Of a DNA stretch of 64,000 nt, positions 59,345 through 64,000 are shown piece by piece. Position 1 is the first letter of the stretch. The number at the start of each line of letters is the position of its first letter. Source of the stretch: Candidatus Sumerlaeales bacterium (lineage in GTDB: Bacteria; Sumerlaeota; Sumerlaeia; Sumerlaeales; Sumerlaeaceae); NCBI GenBank assembly GCA_038243585.1, contig JBBSQY010000007.1, positions 1 to 64,000 of the forward strand, written 5' to 3'. The position numbers and the translations under genes are program-made. The notes under the pieces are model-generated. The model was not told where the DNA came from and ran no database searches. It worked only from the letters and a program-made list of their open reading frames with translations.

Positions 59345-60330
59345 GACTGCGCCCCGCGCCGTTTTCTGAACCCGCCAAACAATTTTTCGCGGACGGTGCT
59401 GGATTGCAGGATACATACGATAAGGATGACGGAGGCCTTTACGACCTGCGTCCATTCCATCTGAATGCCGCGGGCGAGGATCGTCGTGGTGAGGGCCTGC
59501 ATGAGCAACGCGCCTATGACGGATCCGAGGAGAAGAAAGCGTCCGCCGGTCAGAGCCGTGCCGCCGATTACGACGGCGAGGATGGCGTCGAGCTCCGCGT
59601 AGAGTCCTGCGGTGTTTGAGTCTGCCGTTCCAATGTCTGCTGCGGCTACGATGCCGGCGAGGGCGGCGCATATACCGGCGGTGGCATAGGCGAACAGCAG
59701 CGTGCCGGGGACTGGCAAGCCGCTGAGGCGGCTGGCTTTCGGGCTGTTGCCTACGGCTTCAATGTATAGCCCCAAAGCTGTTTTACGGACAAGGAGGCCC
59801 AGGATCGTAATGGTAATGACAATGAGGGTTACGCTGAACGGCAACCGCAGGAAAAAGCCGCTTCCGAAGCGCTCCAGGAAACCGTTGCTGAAGGTTTCCG
59901 GCTGACCGTCCGTTAAAAGCTGAGCGACGCCGCGCCCGCTGACCATCAGGATGAGGGTGGCAACAATAGGTTGAATACCGATAAACGCGACCAGTCCGCC
60001 GTTGATAAGGCCGGCCAGCAGGCCCGCCGCCAACGCCATTGCCATGGCTGCGGGGCCGCTCCAGCCGTCGTTTACAGCGAGGGCGGCGACGGCGCCAGAT
60101 ATGGCCATCACAGAACCGACGCTGAGATCGATGCCGCCAGTGGCAATGACGAGAGTCATGCCGAGGGCTAACAAAGTGACCGGCGCGGCGCGATCCAGGA
60201 TGTCAATAAGGCTGCCGTATAAATGACCGTCACGGACTTCGAGGTTGAAAAAACCGGGGGTGAAAATCGCGTTGAGGCCCAGCAAAAGCGCCAGGGCTAT
60301 GAGAGCCCAGATAAGATTTTGATTTTTCAT
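59341..60330 (-). CDS. Sugar ABC permease (YtfT-like)
   Basis: GGIDLSVG, QPIVATLILMVSGRG, ELDAILAVVIGG. Confidence 0.88.
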   Translation of the reverse strand: MKNQNLIWALIALALLLGLNAIFTPGFFNLEVRDGHLYGSLIDILDRAAPVTLLALGMTLVIATGGIDLSVGSVMAISGAVAALAVNDGWSGPAAMAMALAAGLLAGLINGGLVAFIGIQPIVATLILMVSGRGVAQLLTDGQPETFSNGFLERFGSGFFLRLPFSVTLIVITITILGLLVRKTALGLYIEAVGNSPKASRLSGLPVPGTLLFAYATAGICAALAGIVAAADIGTADSNTAGLYAELDAILAVVIGGTALTGGRFLLLGSVIGALLMQALTTTILARGIQMEWTQVVKASVILIVCILQSSTVREKLFGGFRKRRGAQS

Positions 60331-60739
60331 AAGTTAGAACTTTTAGGGATAGTGGGGTTTGTCACGTGTTAAAAAGCCGAAGTGAAGTTTGATTCATGAA
60401 AGCGTGGCGTCAAGGGCTTTGGAGCGGGCGGGGGGGATTTGACACAGAAAAACTGGAGGAAAGGAGAAGCAAAAGAAAAACGGCGATGTGCCCCTACGCA
60501 TCTCCTTTGATGACTTTCACTGTCATGCTTTTCGTTTCGGCTACCATGTGTGCGGGCAACATAAACTTTAGCGGTTAATCAAATTTCAGCTTTGAGTATA
60601 GTGTTGTCCCCTTCATAAATAGAGAGACGAATTACTCGCTCAAGTTTTAAGCAATTATTTTTTAGAAATGCCTATTTTTTGTTGCAATATGAAGCTGCCT
60701 TCGCTTGCATGATGAAATATTATTTCTTAAGGAGAAATC

Positions 60740-60994
60740 ATGTTTAAAAAGGTCGCGGTAGTTGCGGTTCTTGCCGCAACAGTATTTGCAGTAAGCAGCG
60801 CCGAAGCACGTTACGTGCAAAGTTGCAGCTCGCGCTGGGTTCCTGATTACCCGGTGTATCCGCAGGTTGTGGCACCACCAGTAATTCAGCAGCCGTATTA
60901 TCCTGTGGCCGCATATCAGCCATATCCATATTATCCGCAGTACCCAATGGGCCATGGGCACCAGCACGGCAATCATGTCGACTGGTATAATTGA
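60740..60994 (+). CDS. Small secreted Tyr/Pro/Gln-rich protein
   Basis: AAGGAG RBS; signal peptide ending AEA. Confidence 0.65.
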   Translation: MFKKVAVVAVLAATVFAVSSAEARYVQSCSSRWVPDYPVYPQVVAPPVIQQPYYPVAAYQPYPYYPQYPMGHGHQHGNHVDWYN

Positions 60995-61083
60995 TTATAC
61001 AGTCTCGCCTCGTACTGGTTTGATATGAGAGTATTGCTACTTCGCAGCATGAATCCACATAATTTAAATTTAGGAGAACATCA

Positions 61084-61501
61084 ATGAAGCGCATCCTGGG
61101 CGGCTTTTTAGTCGCTACGCTTGCTTTTGGAAGCGTTCCAGCGCAAGCTGGCGACACAGCCAATGTTTTAGGAGGTCTGCTCGCTGTTGGCCTTGTAGGT
61201 GCTGCAATTAATAACAGCATGCAGCACCAAAGCCATAACGACCACCATGATAATCATTATAAACCATGGCTATGCTTATTCAACGCCAGTTTATCAACAG
61301 CCGTATGTTTACCAGCAGCCCTATGTATACCAGCAGCCGGTCGTTTATCAACAACCCGTGGCATACCAGCAGCCTGTTGTTTATCAACAGCCCGCCGCCA
61401 CCTATGTGCAGCCGGTATCTAGTGGCTATGCCTATCCGCAGAATTATGGCTATACCTATCCAACAACGAGCTACACCACCGGCTATTCCTACGGGTATTA
61501 A
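61084..61501 (+). pseudogene. Secreted YQQP-repeat protein with a +1 frameshift near 61261 (or a sequencing error)
   Basis: Signal peptide and glycine zipper in one frame, YQQP repeats in another; removing one A at 61261-61263 joins them into 138 aa. Confidence 0.6.
61289..61396 (+). repeat. Six 18-nt coding tandem repeats (V/A)YQQP(Y/V/A)
   Basis: GTTTATCAACAGCCGTAT-like units. Confidence 0.8.
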
Positions 61502-61539
61502 TAAAGAGCTTTTGTGAGTTTTGCAGCATTTAAAACTAC

Positions 61540-61576
61540 GGCAGCCCTGCTATGCTATTAGCAAGGCTGCCTTTTT
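61540..61576 (+). terminator. Intrinsic terminator
   Basis: GGCAGCC...GGCTGCC followed by TTTTT. Confidence 0.65.
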
Positions 61577-61580
61577 GCGT

Positions 61581-64000
61581 CTAATCGACCACTTTTAGCA
61601 CTGTTTCGTCTGCGTTGGCGCGGAGCGGTGGGAAATACATGGCGTAGCCGGTGGTGGGCATGGCGTGAAATGTCCCGGGGATTTCTGCGCGGATGTTGTA
61701 GGTCAGGGTGTGTTCGCCCTGGCGCAGAGTTGTTATGAAGAACGCGGTCCAGGCGTCGCGCAGTTCCATGTTCGACACCAGGCCGTTGCCGTATTTTGAC
61801 CCGCTTTGTAGATCGACCGCTTCCATCCCGGCGGGCTTGGGATCTTCAAAGACGAGGTATTCGTAATCGTTGAGAGACTTGATCTTCAGGGTCACGCGCA
61901 GTTCGTCGCCGCTCTTCAGCGGGTCGCCCTCTTTCAGGGGAAGCCACTTGTCGCGGTAGATGACCGAGGCTTTACCGTTGACGGTTTCCGTGGTTTGTTC
62001 GCGATCGAGGATCTCATAGGCACGGGTGACGTAGATTTCATTGCCCGCTTTTTTGATGTCCTCTTCCAGGGTAAAATACTCGGCGTAGATGGAGTAGTAA
62101 ACGTTTCCTTCGCCCTCGACGGTGAAGCTGAGGGGGAAGTCGCCGTCGGGAATGGCGTCGCCTCGCAGAGTGATGCGGCCGTCAAAATCCCAAAAATTCT
62201 CAGGAGTTACTTCCAGCGTCTTGATCAGTTCTCCGCCAGCGCGAACCTGGATTTTGACCGGCTTTGCGGCTTCTTTGCGCTGGAGCATATACTGGGTGAG
62301 GGCCAGCACGGATTGGGCGGTGTCACGGGTGCTTTTCCAGCGGCCGCCCTGACGGTTCAGCACCAGCCACTTCATGGCCTGGTCAACGACAGGGTCGTCC
62401 GGCTTCAGGTCGAGGTAGGCCATCAGGCCAACGGCGGTGGCTTCGACGGGGTCGTCGTACCAGCGCCAGCCGCCGTCGATGCGGCCCCAGCGGAGGGTGT
62501 TGTTTTCAGGGGAAAAGACGGCCATGTTCACCATGTTGCGCAGCACGACTTCCGCGTCGGGCGTGCGGCCGAGCTTGCCAAGGGTGCGGGCAAGCATAGC
62601 GAGGCCGTGGGCGCTCAGCTTGTCGCGACGTGACCACAGAAGTTCCACCGTGCGCGATGACGACTGGTTGTTCAGGGTAAGCACGTACTCCGCAAACATC
62701 AGGTTGTGGAGATTGTTGGGATACCAGTAGGTATCTCGTTCATCGCCAAGGCTTTTGCTGGTCGTGTCGTCGCGTAGCTCGGATAGGCGGCGCAGTCCAC
62801 TGTCCATCATGGCGGGTTCCACGGTCACTTCGGCGTCGCGGGCGAGGGTGAGACCGTACATGACGTAGCTGGTCATGTAGAGATTCTCCGCGTCCTCCGC
62901 CCACCAGCCCCAACCGCCGGATGGAAGCTGCATGTCGCTCAGGCGCTTGAGGCTTTCCGCTGTTACTTTCGGCAGGCGTTCCTGCATGGATTGATCCAGA
63001 GGGTAGCCGAGCACCTGGAACGCGCGGGCGGCGACGGCGGCGGGCATAAACCGGCTCATGGTCTGCTCGACGCATCCGTAGGGGTAGTCAATCATGTAGG
63101 GGATAGCTTCGCGGATGGAGGAGGCGAGGGAGGGATTCACGATGATGTCGAGTCGGGTGGTTTCCTTTATGCGCTCCACAGGGAGGGAGACCGTTTGCGT
63201 TATGATGCGGGCCGTGCCGGAGGTTTCGACGGTGACGCCTGTTGTAGCTTCGTCGCGGGACGTGCCGTTCCAGGCTACGAATTTATCAATGCCGTGGGGC
63301 ATCAGCGGCACGGTTGTCTGCATGGCGTCGCTGCCGCCGGGCGACAGCGCCATGAGATTCAGGATGGCTTCGCCGGGTTGGGCTGATTTGACGTTAACGG
63401 TCCAGTCGACCCGCTTTTCGCCGCCGGCTGGGACGGTGACGGTCTGGGTGTTGCCCATGAAATTCTCGTTGCCGCCGCCGGGCAGAGGCATGGTCGTCGC
63501 GCCGTCGAGGGCGACGCCCTGCGTGCGCAGGGTCGCTTCCATGCTTAGATCGGCGTTTGTATAGTTGTGCAGATTACCGGAGATGGTAACGCTGTCGCGT
63601 TCGCGGAAGAACCGCGGCGCCTGAAGCCGCGCCAGCACTTTCTTTCTGGCGACGGTATCTGTGGTTACGTTTCCAACGCGGGTATCGGCGGTCAGGCCGA
63701 CGGCAACCATGCGCCATGTGGTGAGGGAGTCCGGATATTTTATGTCGACCGTCGCACTGCCAGCGGCGTCCGTGCGGATGGTGGGCGACCAGAACATGCT
63801 GTCGCGGAAGTCTGCGCGGATGGCGGGCGTTTCAATTCCCAGTTCTGCTTTAGCCTCAGCAGAATTGTCAAAGTCGCCCACCATGATATCCGGCAGGCCA
63901 CTTATCACGGGCGCAGCCTTTGCCGCTGGCGCCGCTTCCGCCATGGCCATGGCCGGCACCCCTGCGGTGCGGCTGCTTTTACTAAGAGACTTGTCTCGAA
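61581..64000 (-). CDS. Alpha-2-macroglobulin family protein, C-terminal part (start outside the window)
   Basis: PDSLTTWR, thioester motif YPYGCVEQ, GGWGWW, STRDTA; frame open to the window edge. Confidence 0.93.
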   Translation of the reverse strand, partial: RDKSLSKSSRTAGVPAMAMAEAAPAAKAAPVISGLPDIMVGDFDNSAEAKAELGIETPAIRADFRDSMFWSPTIRTDAAGSATVDIKYPDSLTTWRMVAVGLTADTRVGNVTTDTVARKKVLARLQAPRFFRERDSVTISGNLHNYTNADLSMEATLRTQGVALDGATTMPLPGGGNENFMGNTQTVTVPAGGEKRVDWTVNVKSAQPGEAILNLMALSPGGSDAMQTTVPLMPHGIDKFVAWNGTSRDEATTGVTVETSGTARIITQTVSLPVERIKETTRLDIIVNPSLASSIREAIPYMIDYPYGCVEQTMSRFMPAAVAARAFQVLGYPLDQSMQERLPKVTAESLKRLSDMQLPSGGWGWWAEDAENLYMTSYVMYGLTLARDAEVTVEPAMMDSGLRRLSELRDDTTSKSLGDERDTYWYPNNLHNLMFAEYVLTLNNQSSSRTVELLWSRRDKLSAHGLAMLARTLGKLGRTPDAEVVLRNMVNMAVFSPENNTLRWGRIDGGWRWYDDPVEATAVGLMAYLDLKPDDPVVDQAMKWLVLNRQGGRWKSTRDTAQSVLALTQYMLQRKEAAKPVKIQVRAGGELIKTLEVTPENFWDFDGRITLRGDAIPDGDFPLSFTVEGEGNVYYSIYAEYFTLEEDIKKAGNEIYVTRAYEILDREQTTETVNGKASVIYRDKWLPLKEGDPLKSGDELRVTLKIKSLNDYEYLVFEDPKPAGMEAVDLQSGSKYGNGLVSNMELRDAWTAFFITTLRQGEHTLTYNIRAEIPGTFHAMPTTGYAMYFPPLRANADETVLKVVD

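Noticed and set aside
59345..59671. Arg-rich N-terminal extension of the YjfF-like ORF
   Set aside because: Out-of-frame overlap with the upstream permease; the real start is probably ATG 59344

Overview
The window has two halves. Bases 1 to about 36,840 are an accessory defence island that abuts the 3' end of a tRNA-Ala(CGC) gene (36841-36916, minus strand); the other attachment site was not seen and probably lies left of the window. The island carries the end of a Wadjet operon (jetC, jetD) and a three-gene Druantia-like operon. In that operon the first gene is split by one in-frame TGA, the second has a NusG-NGN-like N-terminus, and the third is a 1924-aa DEAH/DUF1998 helicase. Next is a type III-like R-M operon interleaved with an NYN RNase (preceded by a structured RNA and terminator), an AbiL/RloAB pair and a RelE-like-domain UvrD helicase. 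A mobility/regulation module follows, with three tyrosine recombinases, two Xis-like HTH genes, and an XRE repressor facing three 16-bp operators spaced exactly 31 bp apart. The last integrase ORF reads through candidate arm-type repeats into the antisense strand of the tRNA. Bases from about 36,950 to 64,000 are ordinary chromosome: dsbD-like, GHL10 hydrolase, recA, nagA, dinD, tandem thyX, sigma-54 regulator, helicase, sugar ABC permeases and alpha-2-macroglobulin. A C-terminal DWxLY motif hints at a Sumerlaeota-like host (from recall, unverified). All family calls come from motif reading by eye; no database searches were run.
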